Source of the DNA: an uncultured Porphyromonadaceae bacterium
GTDB taxonomy: Bacteria; Bacteroidota; Bacteroidia; Bacteroidales; Muribaculaceae
Assembly (NCBI GenBank): GCA_902472485.1
Contig: CABROH010000002.1
Location: forward strand, 14,871-78,870
DNA: 64,000 nt
Reading direction: 5' to 3'
A program made the translations under genes and the position numbers. Below, one piece after another: positions 1 to 9,600 of the stretch (position 1 is the stretch's first letter; every line of letters begins with the position of its first letter). The notes beneath the pieces are model-generated. The model worked only from the letters and a program-made list of their open reading frames with translations. It was not told where the DNA came from and ran no database searches.

Positions 1-2
1 AT

Positions 3-458
3 TTCAGATTCCCGATAGAGAGCTCAACTCTTGGCCCGGTGAAAATATCAGTCACGCAGATAGAAGCCGGCACCCAGCACAATGTAGTCCCAGACATCTG
101 CCGATGGGTGGTCGATGTGCGCACGACAGACGTTTATGACAACGAGCAGACTGCTGAAATGCTCAATGCTGCTGTCGAATCGCAACTCACCCCCCGCTCC
201 ACACGCGTTTGGGCCTCGCTCATCGACGACAGTCATCCCCTTCGCCAAGCTGCGGAGAAGGCGTCGGGCGCGCCATATGTTTCGCCGACCACTTCAGATA
301 TGGCACTTATGCACGATATCCCATCGCTGAAGATTGGCCCGGGACATTCGTCCCGCAGTCACACTGCAGACGAATTTATTCTTATTGACGAGCTTGAATG
401 CGCGCCTTCAATCTATCAGAAAATTTTAAACAATCTCTCAAAAACATTATGGCCATGA
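3..458 (+). CDS. M20 family acetylornithine deacetylase (ArgE-like), 5' truncated by window edge
   Basis: Frame open from position 3 (FRFPIESSTLGPVKISVTQIEAGTQHNVVPD...DVRTT...PTTSDMA...KIGPGHSSRSHTADE); M20 C-terminal motifs; directly upstream of argH. Confidence 0.85.
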   Translation, partial: FRFPIESSTLGPVKISVTQIEAGTQHNVVPDICRWVVDVRTTDVYDNEQTAEMLNAAVESQLTPRSTRVWASLIDDSHPLRQAAEKASGAPYVSPTTSDMALMHDIPSLKIGPGHSSRSHTADEFILIDELECAPSIYQKILNNLSKTLWP

Positions 459-1750
459 AATTATGGAGCAAGGGCTTCGAGCCTGACAAGATGATAGAAG
501 AGTTCACCGTCGGACAAGATCGTGAACTTGACATGAGACTGGCACGGTATGACGTGCAGGGGTCGCTTGCCCACATCAAGATGCTGCAAAGCATCGGGCT
601 GCTTACCGCTGAAGAACTCACGCTCCTAAGCGAGGCACTGCACGATATAGCCGCGATGATCGATCGTGGAGAATTTGTCATTGAACCGGGAGTTGAAGAC
701 GTGCATTCGCAAGTTGAGTTTCTGCTCACGCAACGGCTTGGCGATATAGGCAAAAAAATTCACTCGGGTCGTTCGCGCAACGATCAGGTGCTTGTCGACC
801 TTAAACTGTTCATGCGTGAGGAACTTCGCACCATAGCCCGATCTGTCGCACATCTGTTTGATAAACTGCAACAGCTCAGCGAACGGTATAAATCAGTGCT
901 TATGCCGGGCTACACCCACCTGCAGGTGGCCATGCCATCATCGTTCGGACTCTGGTTCGGAGCATACGCCGAAGCTTTGGCCGATGACATGCAGATGCTT
1001 GTGGCCGCTTACAACATAGCCAATCAGAATCCACTTGGATCTGCAGCGGGATATGGTTCGTCATTTCCTCTCGACCGCGAAATGACTACCCGCGAACTTC
1101 ATTTCGCCGACCTCCATTACAATGTGGTTGCTGCCCAGATGAGTCGCGGCAAAACTGAACGCTCCGCCGCCATGTCCATAGCGTCGATAGCTTCGACGCT
1201 CGGGCGCTTTGCCGCCGATGTGTGCATGTTCAACTGTCAGAATTTCGGATTCATCTCTTTTCCGAAAGAGTTCACCACGGGTTCGAGCATCATGCCACAT
1301 AAAAAAAATCCCGACGTTTTTGAGATAATGCGTGGCAAATGCAACCGCCTGCAATCGGTGCCAAACGAAATCGCGCTTTTGACAACCAACCTTCCGCTTG
1401 GCTACAACCGCGACCTGCAATTGCTCAAAGACATCACTTTCCCCGCCACAGATGACATGCGCCGATGCCTCGACATGTGCACGATGATGCTCGATCACAT
1501 CATCGTTAACGAAAACATCGTAAACAATACGATCTACGATTATATGTTCACTGTCGAGGATGTCAACAGGCTCACACTCGAAGGAATGCCGTTCCGCGAT
1601 GCTTATAAAACCGTAGGAATGGCCGTAGAACGTGGCGAATATCGCCCGACACGGACCGTAAACCACACCCATGCAGGCAGCATCGGAAATCTCTGCACCG
1701 ACCGTATAAAAGCTAAAATGCAACCGCTACTTGACCGGATCCTCGGTTGA
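449..1750 (+). CDS. argH: Argininosuccinate lyase
   Basis: HSGRSRNDQV, MPGYTHLQ, TGSSIMPHKKNPD signature; ATG at 449 or 455 more plausible than ORF-track 398. Confidence 0.97.
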   Translation: MAMKLWSKGFEPDKMIEEFTVGQDRELDMRLARYDVQGSLAHIKMLQSIGLLTAEELTLLSEALHDIAAMIDRGEFVIEPGVEDVHSQVEFLLTQRLGDIGKKIHSGRSRNDQVLVDLKLFMREELRTIARSVAHLFDKLQQLSERYKSVLMPGYTHLQVAMPSSFGLWFGAYAEALADDMQMLVAAYNIANQNPLGSAAGYGSSFPLDREMTTRELHFADLHYNVVAAQMSRGKTERSAAMSIASIASTLGRFAADVCMFNCQNFGFISFPKEFTTGSSIMPHKKNPDVFEIMRGKCNRLQSVPNEIALLTTNLPLGYNRDLQLLKDITFPATDDMRRCLDMCTMMLDHIIVNENIVNNTIYDYMFTVEDVNRLTLEGMPFRDAYKTVGMAVERGEYRPTRTVNHTHAGSIGNLCTDRIKAKMQPLLDRILG

Positions 1751-1778
1751 GCACTGACCCATACCTGACAACAAACGA

Positions 1779-1813
1779 CAGGGCGGCGTGAACTTGATGG
1801 TCACACCGCCCTG
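1779..1813. terminator. Hairpin between convergent argH and hypothetical gene
   Basis: CAGGGCGGCGTGA-N9-TCACACCGCCCTG, 13-bp stem with one mismatch (G.U on minus strand); T-rich tail on minus strand. Confidence 0.7.
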
Positions 1814-1845
1814 ATTCGTGATGAATCTATATCGTACCGTACTGA

Positions 1846-2484
1846 TTATTTCTTCTGGTTAAGGATCGACTGCTCGGGTGCGAGAATCGTGGTCCACATG
1901 AAATATGTAATAGCGAAATTGATGATTCCGAGAAGCGCTACGACCAGTTTGGGATTATCAAGGCTGAAGAAAAGGAAGCCCAGGATTGACACTACAATCA
2001 GGCGGAAGGCGCCGATCCATACTGGCCATGATTTCTTAATATCGGAAGAGGTCACGCGTTCATCGCCAAGAAGAACCGCCGGAGCCATAATAAACAGGAC
2101 AAAACTAACGCACATAAGCACACTGTTCGTAATCATGCGCTCTGGACGCATTATGGAAGAAATTCCCATATCCGCAGTAATAACTCCGAGAGCAAACAGA
2201 GCCTCAGCAAGAATAAAGAGTATTGCCGTACGTTTCAGACAAACGGAATTTGCAGAAGAATACAGCTGGAAAAATCCATAGATCGAAAGGCCTGACGACA
2301 ACAGAATCATGATAATATAATAGGCCTTGGAGGTTATTTCTGCTATTGGACCAAGAATGGTCAAAAGCAAATTAAACACAAGCGATCCGATAAGGATGAA
2401 CTGAAGAGCCTGACCACATTTGCCGGCGAATGGGGCTACGAAATCAAACTGCTGACCGCGTGCCGTACTTGATTGGTTTTGCAT
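1846..2484 (-). CDS. Hypothetical multi-pass membrane protein (about 6 TM)
   Basis: 212 aa, about six hydrophobic segments, AT-rich leader and own promoter motif; no family recognised. Confidence 0.7.
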   Translation of the reverse strand: MQNQSSTARGQQFDFVAPFAGKCGQALQFILIGSLVFNLLLTILGPIAEITSKAYYIIMILLSSGLSIYGFFQLYSSANSVCLKRTAILFILAEALFALGVITADMGISSIMRPERMITNSVLMCVSFVLFIMAPAVLLGDERVTSSDIKKSWPVWIGAFRLIVVSILGFLFFSLDNPKLVVALLGIINFAITYFMWTTILAPEQSILNQKK

Positions 2485-2516
2485 AATTAAAATGGATTAA
2501 TTGGTATTAAACAATG

Positions 2517-2548
2517 CAAATATAAACCAACCGCGCATCAAAACCAAA
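2517..2548 (-). promoter_or_regulatory. Bacteroidota sigma-A promoter (TTTG-N20-TATATTTG)
   Basis: Plus-strand CAAATATA 2517-2524 and CAAA 2545-2548 give minus-strand -7 and -33 boxes upstream of 2484. Confidence 0.65.
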
Positions 2549-2583
2549 CTTTTCAACCTCAAAGTTTGGTTTTGATACGCGGT
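2530..2583 (-). terminator. 23-bp inverted repeat downstream of dxs
   Basis: ACCGCGCATCAAAACCAAACTTT-N8-AAAGTTTGGTTTTGATACGCGGT; the single mismatch is a G.U pair on the minus (dxs) strand. Confidence 0.65.
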
Positions 2584-2643
2584 GAAGAGTCAAAGGGATA
2601 GTATACTGAATAATTCCAAGTACCCCGATAGCCTGTGACAGAT

Positions 2644-4398
2644 TTATGCCTCAAGCGCCATGATATCGTCGACAATCTGCTCGGATGTCAGATGATTGGC
2701 ACGAAGGATCTCATTATAATCATACCCGTCGACAAACTCTTTCTTCATGCCATAGCATTTTACACGCATAGGCGTCTGACCATAAAAACGCGCTACTTTT
2801 TCGCCATACCCGCCATCAAGCACACCATCCTCAAGAGTCACAACAAGATTGTGATCCTTAGTCAGTTCAAGCAATAGCTGATCATCGAGGCCACTTAGAA
2901 AACGCGGATTGATCAGCGTCGCGTCTATGCCTTTATCTTTCAGTTGTGACACGACCTGTTCTCCGAGACCGAAGAAAGCGCCTGCACCGATAACAGCCAC
3001 ACGGTCGCCGCGATGAGCCACATAATAAGCATTGATATCGGAATAGTCGGAAGGATATTTTCGCCCCGTGCTCACGACGCGGCATCCGGGCACCCGTATT
3101 GCCACGGGATATTTGTTTTGATTCATCGCCCAGTCGAGCATCGCCATGTATTCCTCCATGCACGTCGGAGCTAAATACACGATCCCCGGTATGTTGCTGA
3201 CCAATGCTATGTCAAACCATCCCAGATGAGTCACGTCATTCATGCCGCATATCGTGCCATAGAATATGCCTATCACTGCCGGTGATCCATTTATGGCAAG
3301 ATCTTGAGATAATTGATCATAAGCACGTTGTAAGAACGAACTTACGACACCGAAATAGGATTTGCCGCCTCCCTTTGCTATGCCTGACGCGAGAGCCACA
3401 GCCTCTTGTTCGGCGATTCCCACATCAACAAACTGACTGCCGGCCTGCTCGCGCCGATCAGGCGTAAATCCCAGCACGCCGGGAGTACCGGCTGTAATGG
3501 CCACAACCGTCGGATCTTGCTTCATGAGATTGAGCATATATTCGGCGGTCAGTGTACCATAGTCGGGTTCCTCACTCACCGACAAAGGATTACCGGTAGG
3601 GATATCAAACGGGCCTCCGAAATGAAACCGTTCACGATATGTTTCAGCCGGAGCATATCCTTTTCCTTTCTGCGTGGCTACATGCACAACCACCGGATGA
3701 TCTATATCCTTCACATCTTCAAACGCCTTGATTAGCGAAGCTATATCATTGCCATAAGGTACATACCGATAATCCAACCCAAGCGCCTTGAAATAATTGC
3801 AGGGTGCATTGCCGTCTGATTCACGCAAAAGACGCAAATTGCCATATAGCCCCCCGTGGTTTTCGGCAATCGACATGTCGTTATCATTGACCACAACAAT
3901 AAAACCCGACTTAAGCGTCGCGGCAAAATCAAGACCTTCGAACGCCTCACCACCACTGAGCGAACCGTCACCGACAACGGCGATTATGTTTTCTTTTCCA
4001 CCCGTGAGTTCACGCGCCTTCACAAGACCGCCGGCAAGGCTTACTCCGGTCGAGGTGTGACCGATTGTAAAAACGTCGGTCGGACTTTCTTTCGGATTGG
4101 TAAAACCGGTCACTTTGTTGTAATATTCCGGTTTTACGAATGCGTCCATACGGCCTGTGAGCATTTTGTGCACATAGCTTTGGTGAGACACATCATAGAC
4201 AATCTTATCTACAGGCAAATCAAATACATAATGCAAAGCTATCGACATCTCTACCATGCCGAGATTGGGACCGATATGCCCTCCATGACGGCTGAGTTTC
4301 ATCAACAAAGCGTTTCTTATATCCGAAGCAAGTTCTTCGAGTTCGTCAACTGTGAGTTTTTTAATGTCAGACGGAGAGTGTATGTCCAGAAGATTCAT
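2644..4398 (-). CDS. dxs: 1-deoxy-D-xylulose-5-phosphate synthase (short variant)
   Basis: GGHIGPNLG, YDVSHQSYVHK, GHTSTG, TPP motif GDGSLSGG...NDNDMSI, DVGIAEQ, FLQRAYDQ; start taken at ATG 4398, downstream of the promoter at 4451. Confidence 0.92.
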   Translation of the reverse strand: MNLLDIHSPSDIKKLTVDELEELASDIRNALLMKLSRHGGHIGPNLGMVEMSIALHYVFDLPVDKIVYDVSHQSYVHKMLTGRMDAFVKPEYYNKVTGFTNPKESPTDVFTIGHTSTGVSLAGGLVKARELTGGKENIIAVVGDGSLSGGEAFEGLDFAATLKSGFIVVVNDNDMSIAENHGGLYGNLRLLRESDGNAPCNYFKALGLDYRYVPYGNDIASLIKAFEDVKDIDHPVVVHVATQKGKGYAPAETYRERFHFGGPFDIPTGNPLSVSEEPDYGTLTAEYMLNLMKQDPTVVAITAGTPGVLGFTPDRREQAGSQFVDVGIAEQEAVALASGIAKGGGKSYFGVVSSFLQRAYDQLSQDLAINGSPAVIGIFYGTICGMNDVTHLGWFDIALVSNIPGIVYLAPTCMEEYMAMLDWAMNQNKYPVAIRVPGCRVVSTGRKYPSDYSDINAYYVAHRGDRVAVIGAGAFFGLGEQVVSQLKDKGIDATLINPRFLSGLDDQLLLELTKDHNLVVTLEDGVLDGGYGEKVARFYGQTPMRVKCYGMKKEFVDGYDYNEILRANHLTSEQIVDDIMALEA

Positions 4399-4450
4399 AA
4401 TAGAAATAGATTTTATATTTTTGATATCGTGAAGTTTTTCTAACTTCACG

Positions 4451-4458
4451 CAAAATTA
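4451..4458 (-). promoter_or_regulatory. -7 promoter box TAATTTTG for dxs
   Basis: CAAAATTA on plus strand matches TAnnTTTG on minus strand, about 50 nt before the ATG. Confidence 0.6.
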
Positions 4459-4515
4459 CATACAATAGGATTCAGTGGCTTTACCCACATTACATTTTTT
4501 CTAACCATCATAACA

Positions 4516-4546
4516 CTTCTTTGTTGCCACTTTCGCAACAAAGAAG
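4516..4546. repeat. Perfect 12-bp inverted repeat in divergent intergenic region
   Basis: CTTCTTTGTTGC-CACTTTC-GCAACAAAGAAG. Confidence 0.8.
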
Positions 4547-4638
4547 CATTTTTAACAAAAAATAATTGCATACAAGCAGCCATTGACATATCTTTATAGA
4601 GTATTATCCGTCAAAAACGCCTACGCACCGCCAACGAC

Positions 4639-5241
4639 ATGATCAACTACGACGACATTCTGTTCAACATCCGCATTGCAAGTGGTATGCCTCATCCGGG
4701 AGCTTTGCTTGTGGCTGAGCCTTTTCTCAAAGATGAGCATTTTGTTCATGCCGTAATATGTCTTGTCGAATATACCCCGACTTCAACCGCCATGGGAATT
4801 GTGCTCAATCATCCCACAGCCTATACCCTTCAGGGGCTCGTCGAGGGAGTGAAACGAAAGGAAAACATAAGAGTGTGGTGTGGCGGACCGATGTCATGCG
4901 ACCGCTTATATTATGTACACACGCTCGGCGAGCTTTTGCCGGGAAGCCGGGAGATCACTGCAGGGCTATACATCGGCGGCGATTTCGAGGCAATGCTCGA
5001 CTATGTAAACTCTGGCTGCGACATTGACGGATATATCCGTTTTTTCATAGGCTATAGCGGTTGGAGCCGTGACCAGCTTGATCCGGAGATTCATGATCAT
5101 GTGTGGGCCGTGACTGAAATACCGGAAACGCGCAGAGTGCTTTCAGGCAATGAGAAAGGCTATTGGCACCGGCATGTACGCGCCTTAGGGCCGGCGTTTC
5201 GTGGATGGCTTTATCACCCGCGGAATCCACAGCTTAACTGA
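4639..5241 (+). CDS. YqgE/AlgH (UPF0301) family protein
   Basis: LLVAEPFL.D..F..AVI, MGIVLN, GGPM, RFFIGYSGWS..QL..E, C-terminal P.LN. Confidence 0.93.
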   Translation: MINYDDILFNIRIASGMPHPGALLVAEPFLKDEHFVHAVICLVEYTPTSTAMGIVLNHPTAYTLQGLVEGVKRKENIRVWCGGPMSCDRLYYVHTLGELLPGSREITAGLYIGGDFEAMLDYVNSGCDIDGYIRFFIGYSGWSRDQLDPEIHDHVWAVTEIPETRRVLSGNEKGYWHRHVRALGPAFRGWLYHPRNPQLN

Positions 5242-5306
5242 CATCGCGTCCGATTGCAGCACACCGGCTCAATTCAATGTCTATGAATACCTCTGGCGAA
5301 TGGCTA

Positions 5307-5338
5307 TTTGGCCATTTGCGCTTTTATTGCTACTTTTG
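5307..5338 (+). promoter_or_regulatory. Bacteroidota promoter TTTG-N20-TACTTTTG
   Basis: Consensus -33/-7 boxes about 40 nt upstream of the DEAD-box helicase ATG. Confidence 0.7.
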
Positions 5339-5379
5339 TGACTGAAAAAGCTTTTTTTAATTATATATGATTCCAACCG

Positions 5380-6807
5380 ATGAGGTTCGACGAATTTGAC
5401 TTAAACTACGATGTGCTCGACGCCCTTGACGCTATGCGGTTCAGCGAGTGCACCCCGATACAAGAAAAGACCATTCCACTCACCCTTGATGGCCGCGACC
5501 TTATAGCTGTGGCACAGACCGGAACCGGCAAAACGGCAGCATACCTGCTCCCGGTCCTCAACCGTCTGGCCGACGGTGAATTCCCGGAAGACGCTGTCAA
5601 CTGTATCGTCATGGCTCCGACTCGCGAACTGGCCATGCAGATCGACCGCCAGCTTGAAGGATTCGGCTATTTCATGAACATCAGTTCACTGGCTGTGTAT
5701 GGCGGTACGGATGGTGCGACATTCGCACGCCAGCAAAAGAGCCTTCTGCTTGGCGCTGACATAGTCATCGCCACACCCGGACGTCTTATAGCGCATCTTC
5801 AGATGGGCAAAATAGATCTTTCGCGTGTCAGTTTCTTTATCCTCGACGAAGCCGACCGCATGCTCGACATGGGGTTTTACGACGACATCATGCAGGTTGT
5901 CAAGCATCTGCCGACCGAACGCCAGACACTCATGTTTTCGGCCACGATGCCGCCAAAAATCCAGCAACTCGCCAAGACAATATTACACGATCCGGCGGAA
6001 GTGAAAATAGCCGTATCACGGCCGGCGGACAAGATACATCAGCTCGTGGCCTTTTGTCACGAGCCTCAGAAGGCTGATATCCTCAAACAGATGCTTCGCG
6101 AGTCGAATGCCCGACGAGTCATTGTTTTCGCCTCATCGAAACTGAAAGTAAAGGATCTGGCTCGCGATATGCGACGTTCAGGTTTCAAAATCGGAGAGAT
6201 GCACTCCGATCTCGACCAAAGTCGACGTGACGAAGTGATGCACAATTTCAAATCGGGTCACACCGATATTCTTGTAGCCACCGACATCGTTGCCCGCGGT
6301 ATCGACATCGACGATATCACCATGGTAGTCAACTTCGACGTTCCTCACGATGCGGAAGATTACGTACACCGCATCGGACGAACGGCTCGTGCCGATGCCG
6401 ACGGTGAAGCGCTCACGTTAGTAAGCGAACGCGACAGACGCCGTTGGAACGACATAGAGAAGTTTCTCGGCAAACGCATCGAACGCCTTCCGGGCGAAGG
6501 CTCCGGAACCGGCTCCACGACTACAGCCTCGAAAACCGGCTCATGCGACAGACAGCGAAACCACCAAAACGCCGAAAGCAAAAACAGACATCAGCGCAAC
6601 CGTCGTAAAGGAGGGAAACCGGCTAAAGCGGAACCGAAAATGACAGCTACGACAAAACCGGAGTCAATGCAGGCTACCGAACGCGAAGCCGACAAAAACG
6701 GATCACAAAAACCCAAACGCCGCAACCACCGTGGCGGACGTAACCGTAACCGGCATCGCAACCGTCCAGAAACGCCGACGGCAGAACAGGCTCCGGCAAC
6801 TGAATAA
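5380..6807 (+). CDS. DEAD-box ATP-dependent RNA helicase with basic disordered C-terminal tail
   Basis: Q motif, AQTGTGKT, PTRELA, TPGRL, DEAD, SAT, ARGID, HRIGRTAR. Confidence 0.97.
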   Translation: MRFDEFDLNYDVLDALDAMRFSECTPIQEKTIPLTLDGRDLIAVAQTGTGKTAAYLLPVLNRLADGEFPEDAVNCIVMAPTRELAMQIDRQLEGFGYFMNISSLAVYGGTDGATFARQQKSLLLGADIVIATPGRLIAHLQMGKIDLSRVSFFILDEADRMLDMGFYDDIMQVVKHLPTERQTLMFSATMPPKIQQLAKTILHDPAEVKIAVSRPADKIHQLVAFCHEPQKADILKQMLRESNARRVIVFASSKLKVKDLARDMRRSGFKIGEMHSDLDQSRRDEVMHNFKSGHTDILVATDIVARGIDIDDITMVVNFDVPHDAEDYVHRIGRTARADADGEALTLVSERDRRRWNDIEKFLGKRIERLPGEGSGTGSTTTASKTGSCDRQRNHQNAESKNRHQRNRRKGGKPAKAEPKMTATTKPESMQATEREADKNGSQKPKRRNHRGGRNRNRHRNRPETPTAEQAPATE

Positions 6808-6809
6808 TA

Positions 6810-7250
6810 TCAGTCGTCGTAACGCTGGAATTCGCCAGCTTTGTTGAATTTGAGATCCAATCCGTTGGACAACTCCACATCATAACCGGAGCGATCACGT
6901 TCAATTCCTATAATCCGTTGTCCGTTATGATTCTTCTTCACAAAATTTGCCACGCCAGCAGGCACAATCGCCGAAGGGACTGATGATGTGCGGGATGTTT
7001 CAATCTCTTTCCAGTTGCCTCCGCGATCAAACTTTATCTCGGTGCCGTCAGTGAGTACGACTTCATAATCGTCGATACGACCCAATGTCTTGTCTATCTT
7101 TATCACACTCACTTTTGACTTGAAATGTGTGTCGATGGTAGTCCGGGCGGCCTGCGGAAGCACTGACACATCACGGCTGTAACTATCGCGAGCCGAAGCG
7201 ACTGCAAAACCAAGGATGGCGACAAAAGCGAACAGAGCTATACGTTTCAT
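6810..7250 (-). CDS. Periplasmic PepSY-like (BLIP-like) domain protein
   Basis: Signal peptide; two repeats of LP...F...YEV.L.DG.EIKFD..G. Confidence 0.88.
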   Translation of the reverse strand: MKRIALFAFVAILGFAVASARDSYSRDVSVLPQAARTTIDTHFKSKVSVIKIDKTLGRIDDYEVVLTDGTEIKFDRGGNWKEIETSRTSSVPSAIVPAGVANFVKKNHNGQRIIGIERDRSGYDVELSNGLDLKFNKAGEFQRYDD

Positions 7251-7361
7251 ATTTTCAATGTTTTAGAATTACTTATATAAAATAACAGCCACGACGTGGA
7301 AAAGTTGCCCGACGTGCGATAAAACGGCCATGAAATTGCATCACGTTTATGCATAATTTTG

Positions 7362-7369
7362 TACTTTTG
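7362..7369 (+). promoter_or_regulatory. -7 box TACTTTTG for the rluA-metA-ruvA-sprA cluster
   Basis: TAnnTTTG consensus 27 nt before ATG 7396; a second TAATTTTG at 7354. Confidence 0.6.
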
Positions 7370-7395
7370 CAGTAATAATCAGTTCACGGCAACGC

Positions 7396-8067
7396 ATGGA
7401 AATACTCTATGAAGACAATCACATCATCATTGTCAACAAACGGCCAGGAGAGATAGTGCAGGGCGACAAGACCGGCGACCGGCCGTTGGTGGAAGATGTG
7501 CGTCAATATATCAAAGAACGCTACGGCAAACCGGGCAATGTATTTTGCGGCGTAGTACACCGACTCGACCGTCCGGTGTGGGGTCTGGTGATTTTCGCAA
7601 AAACATCCAAGGCATTGTCACGGCTAAACGATATGTTCCGTAACGGCCAAGTGCGCAAAACATATCGGGCGCTCACCAGAAACATGCCCCAACCGCCTCA
7701 AGGGCGAATTGTAAGTTATATTACCACCACCGAACGGAACAACAAATCCTATTCATGGCCCGAGCCACGCGCCGGAGCCAAAGAAGCCGCATTGAGCTAT
7801 CGACATATCGGTTCGTCGGACCGCTACCATTTGCTTGAGATCAACCTTGAAACAGGCCGCAAGCACCAGATTCGTGTGCAACTCGCATCAATCGGCTGCC
7901 CAATACGTGGTGACTTGAAATATGGTGACCGCCGCTCCAATCCCGACGGAAGCATCTCGCTGCAGGCTTTCCGCATCGAATTCAAGCATCCGGTGAGCCA
8001 TAAAAACATATGTATAACCGCCCCACTGCCCGACGACCGCCTGTGGCAGGCATTCAACGCCGAATGA
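7396..8067 (+). CDS. RluA family pseudouridine synthase
   Basis: ILYED...VNK, HRLD catalytic motif, TGRKHQIRVQL, PIRGDLKYG. Confidence 0.95.
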   Translation: MEILYEDNHIIIVNKRPGEIVQGDKTGDRPLVEDVRQYIKERYGKPGNVFCGVVHRLDRPVWGLVIFAKTSKALSRLNDMFRNGQVRKTYRALTRNMPQPPQGRIVSYITTTERNNKSYSWPEPRAGAKEAALSYRHIGSSDRYHLLEINLETGRKHQIRVQLASIGCPIRGDLKYGDRRSNPDGSISLQAFRIEFKHPVSHKNICITAPLPDDRLWQAFNAE

Positions 8068-8068
8068 C

Positions 8069-8947
8069 ATGCCCGTCATAATCGACCCCGCCCTGCCGGC
8101 AGCATCGTTGTTGAAAAACGAGAATGCCTCTTTTCTTGCCGCTGACGGTGAGAAAGCCGATATAACAATGGCGTTCATCAATCTCATGCCTGTCAAACCG
8201 GACACCGAACGCGACTTTCTACGCATAATAGCTCCGAGCCGACATATTGTAGACGTAAAACTTGTCAACATGGCATCACACAAATGCCGCAACACGACAG
8301 CCGAACATCTACAACGGTTCTACACAACGTTCGACAGGCTTCAAAGCCATCCAGACTGTGCGATCATTACCGGAGCCCCGCTTGAAAACGTGAGATTCGA
8401 AAATGTCGACTACTGGCAGGAAATCACTGATGTTTTCGATGATCTTCGCCGGCACTCCATTCCGACGCTTTACATCTGTTGGGGCGCCTATGCCGCGCTC
8501 TATCATTTTCATGGAGTGAAGATGCATCTTCTGTCCACAAAACTTTCGGGCGTATATCCCCATCACATCGACAATCCGCGTTCCTCAATGCTCAAGGGGC
8601 TCAAAGAACCATTCTATATCCCGCACAGCCGTTTCGCGACATGGAATCATGGCGAAATCATTGACATAGACGAAATCACAGTTGAAGCATCCGGACGTCA
8701 ACAAGGTCCCTACCTGCTTTCATCACGATATCATCCGGAATATTATTTCACCGGTCACGGCGAATATGACACTTTCACTCTTGACAACGAATATCGCCGG
8801 GACATAGGCAAAGGCTTAAATCCACATGTTCCCGTCAACTACTATCCCGACGACGATCCGTCTCAAATGCCTTCCGACAGATGGCACGACACGGCAACAG
8901 CCATAATGTCGAACTGGCTTGATGAAGTCATCGCGCACCAACACTAA
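8069..8947 (+). CDS. metA: Homoserine O-acyltransferase (MetA family, predicted acetyltransferase)
   Basis: NLMP.K, IITGAPLE, VDYW, YICWGA (catalytic Cys), PHSR, GH.EYD, PVNYYP. Confidence 0.93.
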   Translation: MPVIIDPALPAASLLKNENASFLAADGEKADITMAFINLMPVKPDTERDFLRIIAPSRHIVDVKLVNMASHKCRNTTAEHLQRFYTTFDRLQSHPDCAIITGAPLENVRFENVDYWQEITDVFDDLRRHSIPTLYICWGAYAALYHFHGVKMHLLSTKLSGVYPHHIDNPRSSMLKGLKEPFYIPHSRFATWNHGEIIDIDEITVEASGRQQGPYLLSSRYHPEYYFTGHGEYDTFTLDNEYRRDIGKGLNPHVPVNYYPDDDPSQMPSDRWHDTATAIMSNWLDEVIAHQH

Positions 8948-8953
8948 GACAAC

Positions 8954-9535
8954 ATGATTGAATATATCTGTGGCTCCATAGCCGAACTCACCCCTACCTA
9001 CGCCGTATTAGAATGCAACGGCGTGGGCTACATGCTTTGCATCACACTTACAACATTTTCCGCCCTTGAAGGGGCACCGCAAACCAAACTGCTTGTCCAC
9101 GAATCGATACGCGAGGATGCCCACCAGCTGTTTGGATTCCTCTCCGACCGGGAGCGACAGCTGTTTCGACTGCTCATCGGAGTTTCCGGTGTCGGAGCAA
9201 ACACCGCCCGCATGATATTATCGTCAATACCGGCACCTGAACTCGAGGCCGTTATTGCCGGGGGTGACCATTCACGCCTTAAAAACGTGAAGGGCATAGG
9301 CATAAAAACCGCCCAACGCATCATTGTTGACCTCCGCGACAAAATAAAACCCACAACCGATACGTTAATCAATCAGTCCGCAACGGTTTCCGACGTCTAC
9401 GACGAAGCACTTCTTGCCCTTGTGATGCTCGGCTTCGCACGCCAGCAATCACAGAAAGCGCTTAAGAAGATATTCGATGCCGATCCGACAATCAAAGTTG
9501 AGTCGGCGATAAAGAAAGCATTGGCTATGATGTGA
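8954..9535 (+). CDS. ruvA: Holliday junction branch migration protein RuvA
   Basis: MIEYI.G, GVGY, IREDA..LFGF, VSGVG, VKGIG.KTAQRII.DL. Confidence 0.97.
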   Translation: MIEYICGSIAELTPTYAVLECNGVGYMLCITLTTFSALEGAPQTKLLVHESIREDAHQLFGFLSDRERQLFRLLIGVSGVGANTARMILSSIPAPELEAVIAGGDHSRLKNVKGIGIKTAQRIIVDLRDKIKPTTDTLINQSATVSDVYDEALLALVMLGFARQQSQKALKKIFDADPTIKVESAIKKALAMM

Positions 9536-9600
9536 TGACTTGACCTACCGCTCATGCCATGACATCGTAAATCGTTGCGACAACGCGTTCAACACTCACT

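Noticed and set aside
1061..1723. 220-aa antisense ORF within argH
   Set aside because: Antisense shadow of a well-supported gene
6500..6807. Repetitive CGTAAC/CGCAAC tract in helicase tail
   Set aside because: Encodes an ordinary Arg/Asn-rich disordered tail common in DEAD-box helicases
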